Below are positions 1 to 6,401 of a stretch of 64,000 bases of DNA, in pieces (position 1 is the stretch's first letter; each line of letters starts with the position of its first letter). The position numbers and the translations under genes were made by a program. The notes beneath the pieces were generated by a model. That model was not told the origin of the DNA. It ran no database searches and worked only from the letters and a program-made list of their open reading frames with translations. This stretch comes from a virus (Duplodnaviria; Heunggongvirae; Uroviricota; Caudoviricetes). Location: positions 15,772-79,771 of the IMG/VR virus record IMGVR_UViG_3300042879_003909; one strand, given 5' to 3'.

Positions 1-243
1 AATGGGGCGATTCCAAATACCTTCAAACGAAGGTGTCCTAATCTCCAAGCGTTCTGCAACAACGTAAGCATGAACATTCTTACGCTGATCTTTTAGGACA
101 CGTTTCCGGCCCTTCTGCGAGACCCTAAATTCTACGTTATAGGCGATTATATTTGTATGGTGGCCGACCACCTTGCCCCGGTGCTTAACAGAGTAGCAAT
201 CTCTATGCAAGTTCCAATAAACGTAATAGCGGGCTTTACTCAT
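1..243 (-). CDS. Conserved small phage protein, truncated by window edge (not in ORF track)
   Basis: Translated by hand from ATG at 243, open to base 1: MSKARYYVYWNLHRDCYSVKHRGKVVGH...GRKRVLKDQRKNVHAYV. Resembles a common phage hypothetical family (VYxNLH...GRxRV...KNVHA). Confidence 0.75.
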   Translation of the reverse strand, partial: MSKARYYVYWNLHRDCYSVKHRGKVVGHHTNIIAYNVEFRVSQKGRKRVLKDQRKNVHAYVVAERLEIRTPSFEGIWNRPI

Positions 244-248
244 GGCTT

Positions 249-443
249 TCACTTATAATAAACCAAATAAATCTCGTCTGCGTCCATTTTATACCCTGAC
301 TTATCGCCTGTCAAGAGGTCATTTACTGGAAAAAACTCATCGCCAAAAGAAAAGTTTTCGTCAGCCGCAAGAACTTCTACTTCTTGTCTTAGTTGCTCGG
401 GTGAAAGCCTCTTAAGCTTTTCTAATAATTCTTTATAGGTCAT
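249..443 (-). CDS. Hypothetical early protein
   Basis: ORF track 249..461. Start moved to the ATG at 443 (MTYKELL), which follows GGAG and abuts the upstream TGA. Confidence 0.7.
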   Translation of the reverse strand: MTYKELLEKLKRLSPEQLRQEVEVLAADENFSFGDEFFPVNDLLTGDKSGYKMDADEIYLVYYK

Positions 444-444
444 G

Positions 445-816
445 TCATTTCTTTTCTCCAATTAGATATACAACTTTACCATTCTCAGAATCATCAAGTT
501 CAACATTGAAGTGTAAACTGTATTCTTTTTCATACCTTGCTTTAAGTTTTTGAAGTGCCTCAATGGCTTCATCAATACTATTACACTCAAAAATATCCCA
601 AAGATCTATGTGTTTAATCAGCCTATCTTCCATTACTTTCTCCTTACGAGGCTTTCGCCCCGCTCCTTCGCGTTTTCCGCCGTGGGTCATGTACAATCTC
701 CGCCTTTCGTCTACTGAACGAGTTATCACCGCTATGATGCTGTTGCCCTCGCATGAGTCACAAATTGAAGTGTTGTGTGAATACAACAATGAACCGCATT
801 TCCTACAATTTTTCAT
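445..816 (-). CDS. Hypothetical early protein with N-terminal CxxC..CxxC and HGGKREGAGRKP motif
   Basis: ORF track 445..834. Start at 816 overlaps the stop of the upstream ORF (ATGA). Confidence 0.7.
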   Translation of the reverse strand: MKNCRKCGSLLYSHNTSICDSCEGNSIIAVITRSVDERRRLYMTHGGKREGAGRKPRKEKVMEDRLIKHIDLWDIFECNSIDEAIEALQKLKARYEKEYSLHFNVELDDSENGKVVYLIGEKK

Positions 817-971
817 ATTCGACACTCGCTGCATTCTCTTGGCTCTGATAATTCAACAATGTGCCACTCTGTATCGTCGTCCTCGCAATAAAGCAGGGCC
901 GAATCGTGGTCAATAAATGGGCCAACAAAACTTAATCCGTCTACAAAATTACCATAAACAATTACAAACAT
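813..971 (-). CDS. Hypothetical 52-aa protein (not in ORF track)
   Basis: Hand translation MFVIVYGNFVDGLSFVGPFIDHDSALLYCEDDDTEWHIVELSEPRECSECRI. Fills the gap in the operon and is coupled to both neighbours. Confidence 0.7.
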   Translation of the reverse strand: MFVIVYGNFVDGLSFVGPFIDHDSALLYCEDDDTEWHIVELSEPRECSECRI

Positions 972-972
972 A

Positions 973-1134
973 TTATTTTCCCTTTCTCAAAGCCCTTACA
1001 GTAAGTCTTAAACTAATCATTGCTAGCTCTGGACTTGGCCCTTGACCGTGACAATTAGCAAACTCGCCACCTAATAAAGTAGCAACATATAAACCGTTCC
1101 AGTGACTAAATTGAATGTGTGCCTTGATATCCAT
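973..1134 (-). CDS. 53-aa protein, HicB-antitoxin-like N-terminal motif (not in ORF track)
   Basis: MDIKAHIQFSHWNGLYVATLLGGEFANCHGQGPSPELAMISLRLTVRALRKGK. AAGGAG RBS; first gene after promoter 1154-1181. Confidence 0.65.
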   Translation of the reverse strand: MDIKAHIQFSHWNGLYVATLLGGEFANCHGQGPSPELAMISLRLTVRALRKGK

Positions 1135-1153
1135 TGCTTTCTCCTTTACGATG

Positions 1154-1181
1154 ATTATACACTATACATCGTCACTGTCAA
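1154..1181 (-). promoter_or_regulatory. sigma70-type promoter P1
   Basis: TTGACA-N16-TATAAT, TG at extended -10. Confidence 0.85.
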
Positions 1182-1216
1182 GGCCCGGAGTTTAATAAAA
1201 GATATATTTTTCTTTA

Positions 1217-1270
1217 CCCCCACAAAAGAGGGGGCCCGGCCGGCCCGGCGCCCCCCGTTAGAGGGGCTAC
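1217..1270. repeat. GC-rich multi-hairpin element E1
   Basis: ccccc-acaaaaga-ggggg / cccggccggcccggcg / cccccc-gtta-gagggg, just 3' of the stop at 1278. Confidence 0.85.
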
Positions 1271-1277
1271 CTTTTAG

Positions 1278-1484
1278 CTAGTTCTTGGCAACGATCTTTT
1301 TGAGGCTCAGCGTTCGATAGCCACCGTTTGCACAATCGACGGTGATATACTTGCCATTAGGGCCGATACCCCTCTTTTCAACTACTCCACTGATAGAACG
1401 CAAGATATTGCGATTACCATGCAAAGGATAAAAAACATCGACCACGCTACCAACTTTAGCACCGATAGCCTTAAAAGAAACCAT
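1278..1484 (-). CDS. Hypothetical early protein
   Basis: ORF track; AAGGA RBS; co-oriented with island. Confidence 0.7.
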   Translation of the reverse strand: MVSFKAIGAKVGSVVDVFYPLHGNRNILRSISGVVEKRGIGPNGKYITVDCANGGYRTLSLKKIVAKN

Positions 1485-1521
1485 ATAAAATCCTTAAAAA
1501 TAATAAATTTTAAACAAAGGA

Positions 1522-1551
1522 TGCGACAGCTACATCTCTGCAACTGTCGCA
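1522..1551 (-). terminator. 13-bp stem with GAGA tetraloop (terminator or processing hairpin)
   Basis: Minus strand TGCGACAGTTGCA-GAGA-TGTAGCTGTCGCA. G.U pairs form only on the minus-strand RNA; followed by a T-rich tract. Confidence 0.55.
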
Positions 1552-1569
1552 CCCCCACACAAAGAAAAA

Positions 1570-1782
1570 CTACGCTTCTTTAGTCGCAAACTTTTCAGCC
1601 TGATCTTTTCGGTAACGCTCTTGACGCTCAACAAGGGCTTTAATTAGAGAGTCTAGGCCAGACGCTCCAACCTTAACGGAAACCTCGTTATTCTCGCTGT
1701 CACGAAATTCGATTGAATCGTAATTCCAACCAATATAGGTCGTAGAAGCATCAAACGAAACCGACTGTTTAACCTTGAGCAT
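1570..1782 (-). CDS. Hypothetical early protein
   Basis: ORF track; AGGAG RBS; downstream of P2. Confidence 0.75.
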   Translation of the reverse strand: MLKVKQSVSFDASTTYIGWNYDSIEFRDSENNEVSVKVGASGLDSLIKALVERQERYRKDQAEKFATKEA

Positions 1783-1820
1783 TTTAGCTCTCCTAACAAA
1801 GAAATGAAACTTACACTCTA

Positions 1821-1848
1821 ATTATACCGGGCGATCAATGATTGTCAA
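1821..1848 (-). promoter_or_regulatory. sigma70-type promoter P2
   Basis: TTGACA-N16-TATAAT, overlaps end of ORF 1835..2104. Confidence 0.8.
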
Positions 1849-2104
1849 ATTTCAGACCGTTAATTTCAAAATACTTTTCGCAATCATTCTTGGAGTCAAT
1901 CAAGCTCTTTCCGGTGCGTTCCTTATAAAGTTTAACACACGCAAGCTTACCACGATGCTGACCCTCATACTGTTCTTCAACAGTCAAATAAATAGAATGA
2001 GCGGTCACTTCACAAAGCTTAATAATTAACTTTGCTACGTGAGAATCCAAGAAAGGGGCAGACTTTGCCGCATTCAATAAATGTCGGATGGCTTCAGTAT
2101 TCAT
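1835..2104 (-). CDS. Small protein with C-terminal ribosomal L7/L12-CTD-like motif
   Basis: KLACVKLYKERTGKSLIDSKNDCE resembles KIxxIKxxRexTGxsLxEAKxxvE; AAGGAG RBS. Confidence 0.55.
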   Translation of the reverse strand: MNTEAIRHLLNAAKSAPFLDSHVAKLIIKLCEVTAHSIYLTVEEQYEGQHRGKLACVKLYKERTGKSLIDSKNDCEKYFEINGLKFDNH

Positions 2105-2123
2105 TCGTTTTCTCCTTTTCCTT

Positions 2124-2151
2124 ATTATACATTATCGACAGAGGTTGTCAA
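2124..2151 (-). promoter_or_regulatory. sigma70-type promoter P3
   Basis: TTGACA-N16 (acctctgtCGATAatg)-TATAAT. Confidence 0.85.
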
Positions 2152-2214
2152 GTTCTTTAGTAAAAATCTTACAAGTTCTTTCGGCCCGGCTTGCCCTAAT
2201 TAATAGGGGGAAAA

Positions 2215-2421
2215 CTAATCTTTTCCAAAATAATCTATGCTATCGTTATTGTGCGTTAACCCCTGCTTGGTCAATTCTCCAACAACATCGATAATCCCTT
2301 GATCTCGGTAAAGTCTTACCAAATAATCCATACAAAATTGCTTCCATTCGTCAACACTTATTTCCCCGGATAGAAACAATCTTCGAACGTCGTCATAACT
2401 TGACCTATCATTCCATTTCAT
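2215..2421 (-). CDS. Hypothetical early protein
   Basis: ORF track; CACAAAGGGG leader. Confidence 0.7.
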   Translation of the reverse strand: MKWNDRSSYDDVRRLFLSGEISVDEWKQFCMDYLVRLYRDQGIIDVVGELTKQGLTHNNDSIDYFGKD

Positions 2422-2438
2422 TTCAATTCCCCTTTGTG

Positions 2439-2627
2439 CTAATAATCGTACTGACCGTGATCCCAGTCATCGCCGCCCATGTAATCCTGCCATTCCGTAT
2501 ATTCGTCCGGCTGGCCGTCGTCGTAGTTCTCGTTGGCTTCCTCGTCGCCCCAAAACTGGGCCATTTCCTCGGCGGTCAACTCTGGGCCATTGAATTCATC
2601 GCACTGAGACTTTTCAAAACTAGACAT
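2439..2627 (-). CDS. Highly acidic 62-aa protein (FExxQCDE family)
   Basis: 20 D/E versus 1 K in 62 aa; ACACAAAGGGG leader. Confidence 0.75.
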   Translation of the reverse strand: MSSFEKSQCDEFNGPELTAEEMAQFWGDEEANENYDDGQPDEYTEWQDYMGGDDWDHGQYDY

Positions 2628-2673
2628 TTTAATTCCCCTTTGTGTCTTTTCTATTAATCCTGCTGACTGTTTT

Positions 2674-2701
2674 ATTATACAATATATATCGTCCTTGTCA
2701 A
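2674..2701 (-). promoter_or_regulatory. sigma70-type promoter P4
   Basis: TTGACA-N16 (aggaCGATAtatattg)-TATAAT. Confidence 0.85.
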
Positions 2702-2736
2702 GTGCCCGGCTGAAATAAAAAAAAGAATATTTCTTT

Positions 2737-2810
2737 TACCCCACCAAAAGAAGACCCCCCATTAGAGGGGGCCCGGCCGGCCCGGCGCCCCCCGTTAGAG
2801 GGGACTTACC
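2737..2810. repeat. GC-rich multi-hairpin element E2
   Basis: Shares gagggggcccggccggcccggcgccccccgttagagggg with E1; 3' of stop at 2820. Confidence 0.85.
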
Positions 2811-2819
2811 CGACACCAC

Positions 2820-3581
2820 CTATCTGGAGTAGCTATGTTTGACCCCCTCCTTTTTGAGTACCTTGAGGGCCTCGGATGCTTCTGAACCCTTTGGCTGTAC
2901 CCCATGAATGAGGAGCCCGAAACTGGTGTACCTCGTTTGGGGGTTGGCTGCGTGTTCATCGGTATGATCGATTTCCAAGCCTAGTTCAGTGGCTTGTTGT
3001 ACACTGAACACAACTTTAGCATATCTTAGTTTATACTGTTCGATCAAGTAGTCCTCTCGACCCCCCTCGCTGGCGGTAAGCACTAGATTCTCTGGAATGT
3101 CATACAATCGGTTAACCCAGTATCGTACACTCTTGGTGTAAGCGTAGAATAAGCGGCCCGGGTTGTTTCGAGCAACTTCAATCCAAGCGTCAAAATAATC
3201 TTGGTTGAAAAAATCACCGGCAACATGAATCCGGCATACCCCTAAATCGTGGGGCATGCTAGACTGAATCGATTCGATCATCTCGGCTTTAGTTAATGGC
3301 CGTAAAGCGTCGAAATTGTGCTTGCGTGAATTGTAAACGTTAGTGTATACTACTTCCTGCGAAGCGGAAAAGCAGCGGAGTTGAGTAGCCGGGCCATCTT
3401 TGATAGAACGTTTACCGTCTTTTAAAACGGCTTTAGATAGGCAATCCTTAGCGAATGGGCAAGAGTAGCCCGAAAGCAGGTCTAATGAATAAACCTTTCG
3501 GCCATCTTCCAAGTAAACAGCGATAGATTCTACTTCGGCAAGTGCTTCGATCTTTGCATTAGCTGGGCTGAATTTTAGCAT
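2820..3581 (-). CDS. Gene product 88 (GP88)-like phage protein
   Basis: SCPFAKDC...C, RIHVAGDF..QDYFDAW..VA...P..LFYAYTKS pattern characteristic of the GP88 family. Confidence 0.7.
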   Translation of the reverse strand: MLKFSPANAKIEALAEVESIAVYLEDGRKVYSLDLLSGYSCPFAKDCLSKAVLKDGKRSIKDGPATQLRCFSASQEVVYTNVYNSRKHNFDALRPLTKAEMIESIQSSMPHDLGVCRIHVAGDFFNQDYFDAWIEVARNNPGRLFYAYTKSVRYWVNRLYDIPENLVLTASEGGREDYLIEQYKLRYAKVVFSVQQATELGLEIDHTDEHAANPQTRYTSFGLLIHGVQPKGSEASEALKVLKKEGVKHSYSR

Positions 3582-3618
3582 TTCTTTGTTCCTTTGTGTT
3601 ATTGCCTTTGACTCTCTT

Positions 3619-3646
3619 ATTATACAATATCGGCAACCGTTGTCAA
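3619..3646 (-). promoter_or_regulatory. sigma70-type promoter P5
   Basis: TTGACA-N16 (acggttgcCGATAttg)-TATAAT. Confidence 0.85.
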
Positions 3647-3731
3647 GTACTTAAATTTATTTTTTATAAAATCCTGCTGACCCTACTAATGGGGGATACG
3701 CTAGAAAAAAACTTTTTTGATTTTATTTTAT

Positions 3732-3850
3732 ACCCCCCGAAAGAGTGTACCCAGATAGACACCCCCCAAAAGAGGGGGCCCGGCCGGCCCGGCTCCCCCC
3801 TTCGGAGGGGTATCCCACCACAAGATACTACCCCCGAGAGAGGAGCCCAC
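3732..3850. repeat. GC-rich multi-hairpin element E3
   Basis: cccccc-aaaa-gaggggg, cccggccggcccggct, cccccc-ttcg-gagggg; 3' of stop at 3855. Confidence 0.85.
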
Positions 3851-3854
3851 GCTA

Positions 3855-4016
3855 CTATACCGCTAAATCGCTGACCCCCATATCGGATTCGAACTGGTGG
3901 AAAAATGCTTCGTTGTAAATCGCCGTCGATTCGATGAAGGCTTCCAGCTCCAAGAGGTCTTCTTGGGTTGGCATGTAAACTTCGTCGCACTGCTGAGTTT
4001 CAAAAACGTTTTCCAT
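3855..4016 (-). CDS. Acidic 53-aa protein (FExxQCDE family)
   Basis: Internal ATG of track ORF 3855..4157, lies after P6 and the ACACAAAGG leader; 13 D/E, no K/R. Confidence 0.75.
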   Translation of the reverse strand: MENVFETQQCDEVYMPTQEDLLELEAFIESTAIYNEAFFHQFESDMGVSDLAV

Positions 4017-4059
4017 TTTCCTAATCCTTTGTGTGATAGAACGTCTTTCGTATGTCTCT

Positions 4060-4087
4060 ATTATACAGTATCGGCCCGGTTTGTCAA
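4060..4087 (-). promoter_or_regulatory. sigma70-type promoter P6
   Basis: TTGACA-N16 (aaccgggcCGATActg)-TATAAT. Confidence 0.85.
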
Positions 4088-4092
4088 GAACT

Positions 4093-4287
4093 TTATTGAA
4101 AAATCTTAGTTGGAGTCCAGAATTTTGGACGGGCTCGGAACGGCCCTTCTTCGTCACAGAACATCATTCCATCGGGGGTACAATAATTCCATTCGCTGAA
4201 AATTTCATACCACTTTACCCAACCTTCATCGGTTAGAATTGGCGACCCGTCTTTTGGGGCGGTTTCAATTGGTTGAATATCAATCAT
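4093..4287 (-). CDS. Small phage protein with PIETAPKDG motif (DUF551-like)
   Basis: MIDIQPIETAPKDGSPIL...PKFWTP; AAAGGA RBS. Confidence 0.7.
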   Translation of the reverse strand: MIDIQPIETAPKDGSPILTDEGWVKWYEIFSEWNYCTPDGMMFCDEEGPFRARPKFWTPTKIFQ

Positions 4288-4318
4288 TTTCCAGTCCTTT
4301 TTCTGATTAGCTGATTAT

Positions 4319-4346
4319 ATTATATCTTATTTATCGGCCTTGTCAA
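4319..4346 (-). promoter_or_regulatory. sigma70-type promoter P7
   Basis: TTGACA-N16 (aggcCGATAaataaga)-TATAAT. Confidence 0.85.
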
Positions 4347-4398
4347 GACTAAAATTTAGCTGAATGCCAAAATCTCAGTGACTATTACCTATCCCAGC

Positions 4399-4500
4399 CG
4401 CCCCTATTTATAGGGGTGTTACACACCACAAAATTCTGCTGACCCGGAAATCCTACTGACCATTCACCCAAAAACACGCCCCTATTTATAGGGGCGCTAC
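4399..4500. repeat. Two copies of palindrome CGCCCCTATTTATAGGGG, 78 bp apart
   Basis: 4399-4416 and 4477-4494, each followed by YGYTACAC. Confidence 0.85.
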
Positions 4501-4570
4501 ACCCGCCCGCCCGAGGCCCCCCGCTAGGGGGGTCAGGCCACCCAGTCGGGGGGGATAGCCCCCCTTTCGA
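4498..4570. repeat. GC-rich hairpin element E4 (divergent)
   Basis: cccccc-gcta-gggggg and gggggggatagcccccc; 3' of stop at 4576. Confidence 0.7.
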
Positions 4571-4575
4571 GCGTA

Positions 4576-4911
4576 CTACTCAAAGTCATCGGCGTCGATT
4601 ATACCTGCACGGATGGCCACCGTAACGAACGCGATTTCCTTTCGGTATACCATATCCTCATCGATATTGTATTGGATATCGCCTTCTGGATTCGCTTCAA
4701 GCTGGGCCCGGTAATTTGCTACCCGAGCAGCTTTTTCGTTTTTGTGTTGCCTATGCTTGGAAGTCTTTTTTGTGGCGATACCTACCGCCTTTGCGAGAAC
4801 ACGTAGCGAACGAATACTACCGCCTTTCGAACGGTATTCAGCTTTCAAGTGCTTGTTGGCAAGGCCGAAAGCGTTTTCAATCGCAATGTCTAGTTCTGTG
4901 AAATCGTACAT
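4576..4911 (-). CDS. Hypothetical 111-aa early protein
   Basis: Start moved to MYDFTELD (4911), directly after the ACACAAAGG leader; the longer track ORF runs into regulatory DNA. Confidence 0.75.
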   Translation of the reverse strand: MYDFTELDIAIENAFGLANKHLKAEYRSKGGSIRSLRVLAKAVGIATKKTSKHRQHKNEKAARVANYRAQLEANPEGDIQYNIDEDMVYRKEIAFVTVAIRAGIIDADDFE

Positions 4912-4949
4912 TCTTTTTTTCCTTTGTGTGAGATAAACTTGCCTTACAC

Positions 4950-5150
4950 TACTATAACCGCACAAACTAAACAAGATTAACAGGTCCGATTTATATTTTG
5001 TGATAAAAAGATTTTTTGATTGTCGTAAGTTGTTATATCGCATAGACTTGTAGCACGAAATTATTTTACAACTTTTTTTTGGCACGATATTTGCAATAGA
5101 TATAGTATAAAAGGGGGGGGAATATAGAAAAAACTTTTGTGATTTTATTA
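4950..5150. repeat. Duplicated regulatory block, copy 1
   Basis: Aligns with 6402-6600 (actataaccgca; agattaacaggtc.gatttatattttg; aaaaagatttttt; gtcgtaagt; cgaaattatttt; ttttggcacgatatttgca; aaaagggggg; gaaaaaactttt.tgattttat). Confidence 0.9.
5079..5095 (+). promoter_or_regulatory. sigma54 (RpoN) -24/-12 promoter consensus
   Basis: TTGGCACG-ATAT-TTGCA, exact match to YTGGCACG-N4-TTGCW. Confidence 0.7.
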
Positions 5151-5151
5151 C

Positions 5152-5362
5152 ACACCCCCCTAACGGGTGGTCTCACATATACACCCCCCAAAAGGGGGGC
5201 CGGGAGCCCCCGGTCCCCCCGTTAGAGGGGGTATCCCCCCTTCTGGGCTACCACCCCCCCCGTTCAGGTGGTTTTCAAAAAAATAAGAAAAGTTTTTTTC
5301 TGGAGCATCCCCCGATAGAGGGACGCCCCAAAGAGTGGCTGGGTTGCCACCCCCCTTTCGGG
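5152..5362. repeat. GC-rich multi-hairpin element E5
   Basis: cccccc-aaaa-gggggg, cccccc-gtta-gaggggg and further C/G-run hairpins; abuts stop at 5363. Confidence 0.8.
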
Positions 5363-5575
5363 CTACATGGCTTGGATCTTTGCCAACCCCACTTCTAGGT
5401 TAGTTCGCAAGAGGCGGTAATCGTCTTGGCTTAAATAAACCTGTTCGCCTACTTTGTTGAAAACGTCGTGAGTTTCGTAGCTTCGTTCTTCCTCATGTTC
5501 TAAGGTAGATACCACGGTGAAACCGTTGGTTAGGTTGTACTTGATTGTTCGTTCATTTACTTTTTCTACTAGCAT
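5363..5575 (-). CDS. Hypothetical early protein
   Basis: ORF track; ACACAAAGG leader; after P8. Confidence 0.75.
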   Translation of the reverse strand: MLVEKVNERTIKYNLTNGFTVVSTLEHEEERSYETHDVFNKVGEQVYLSQDDYRLLRTNLEVGLAKIQAM

Positions 5576-5612
5576 CTTTTTTTCCTTTGTGTTAGTTGCT
5601 TTCTACTCTTCT

Positions 5613-5640
5613 ATTATACCTTATCGGCCCGGCTTGTCAA
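5613..5640 (-). promoter_or_regulatory. sigma70-type promoter P8
   Basis: TTGACA-N16 (agccgggcCGATAagg)-TATAAT. Confidence 0.85.
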
Positions 5641-5646
5641 GAGACT

Positions 5647-5784
5647 TTAAAGATATTTTAAAGCTTTTTCTGCTTGGGCCTTTAATCCCTCAAAAAGCTT
5701 GCGGGTTTCTTCGCTAATTCCTTCTTGCGATAGAAGGTCTTCGATGGCTTCGATTGCTTGTTTGATGTTTTTGTAGTAGTTCAT
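5647..5784 (-). CDS. Hypothetical 45-aa helical protein (not in ORF track)
   Basis: MNYYKNIKQAIEAIEDLLSQEGISEETRKLFEGLKAQAEKALKYL; ACACAAAAGG leader. Confidence 0.65.
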   Translation of the reverse strand: MNYYKNIKQAIEAIEDLLSQEGISEETRKLFEGLKAQAEKALKYL

Positions 5785-5899
5785 TTTCTTTTTTCCTTTT
5801 GTGTTTTGTTTTGTTTTGTTTCGATCAAGCCACGTTAGGTTTGTTATCGGCTTTCGCCTTCCGTTTTAGTCAAGCAACTTTTTGTTTTTCCTTTTCTTT

Positions 5900-5927
5900 A
5901 TTATACCTTATCGGCCGGGCTTGTCAA
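5900..5927 (-). promoter_or_regulatory. sigma70-type promoter P9
   Basis: TTGACA-N16 (agcccggcCGATAagg)-TATAAT. Confidence 0.85.
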
Positions 5928-5944
5928 GTCTCTTGAGTCATTTT

Positions 5945-6097
5945 TTAGAAGAAATTTAAAATTTCTTCCAAGGCAGCTTCTAGTTCTTCCGACATCCCCG
6001 ATTCAGGGGATTCTTCGTTCACTTCTTCAATCCAGATCAATTCGATTTCGACCGATTCTAGTACTTCATCCGATTGTAGATTCTCAAAAACGTTCAT
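5945..6097 (-). CDS. Highly acidic 50-aa protein (FExxQSDE family; not in ORF track)
   Basis: MNVFENLQSDEVLESVEIELIWIEEVNEESPESGMSEELEAALEEILNFF; 16 D/E, no K/R; ACACAAAGG leader. Confidence 0.7.
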   Translation of the reverse strand: MNVFENLQSDEVLESVEIELIWIEEVNEESPESGMSEELEAALEEILNFF

Positions 6098-6134
6098 TTC
6101 TTTTTTCCTTTGTGTTATTGTCTTCGTTTTCTCT

Positions 6135-6162
6135 ATTATACTCTATCGACCAACTTTGTCAA
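6135..6162 (-). promoter_or_regulatory. sigma70-type promoter P10
   Basis: TTGACA-N16 (aagttggtCGATAgag)-TATAAT. Confidence 0.85.
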
Positions 6163-6168
6163 GAGACT

Positions 6169-6363
6169 TTATTGAATTTCTTCAAATTTCTTTTCGAGAT
6201 ATTTTAAATCGTTTGAACGATTTCTGCAATTTCTTGGCGATCCCTCACCGTATGCAATCCAATACTTCTTTGACAATGCAAAATATTCTTTTTTACCATT
6301 GCCAGCTTCTACGATGCTAACCTTAACACCACTTTTTAAAACTTTGCTTTTTAGAATGTTCAT
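6169..6363 (-). CDS. Hypothetical basic 64-aa protein
   Basis: Start moved to MNILKSK (6363) after AAGGA; the track ORF extends into repeat DNA. Confidence 0.7.
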   Translation of the reverse strand: MNILKSKVLKSGVKVSIVEAGNGKKEYFALSKKYWIAYGEGSPRNCRNRSNDLKYLEKKFEEIQ

Positions 6364-6401
6364 TTCTTTTTTCCTTATTTTAAACTTTTGTTCTCTTCTA
6401 C

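Noticed and set aside
3885-3894. GTTCGAATCC on the minus strand, resembling a tRNA T-loop
   Set aside because: It lies inside a coding frame (HQFESD), and no acceptor, D or anticodon stems could be built.
3596-3990. Track ORFs 3596..3874 (+), 3664..3990 (-), 6602..6790 (+), 6627..6830 (+), 7963..8208 (-)
   Set aside because: They are open only because they cross GC-rich repeat elements; they have no RBS and give low-complexity P/G/R translations.
4399-4500. Palindromic direct repeats as a mini CRISPR array
   Set aside because: Only two 18-bp copies with a 60-bp gap, and no cas genes in the window.
4912-5085. N-terminal extension of track ORF 4576..5085 (likewise 6364-6762 and 4017-4157)
   Set aside because: The extensions run through promoters and repeats, and the conserved leader/RBS sits at the internal ATGs.
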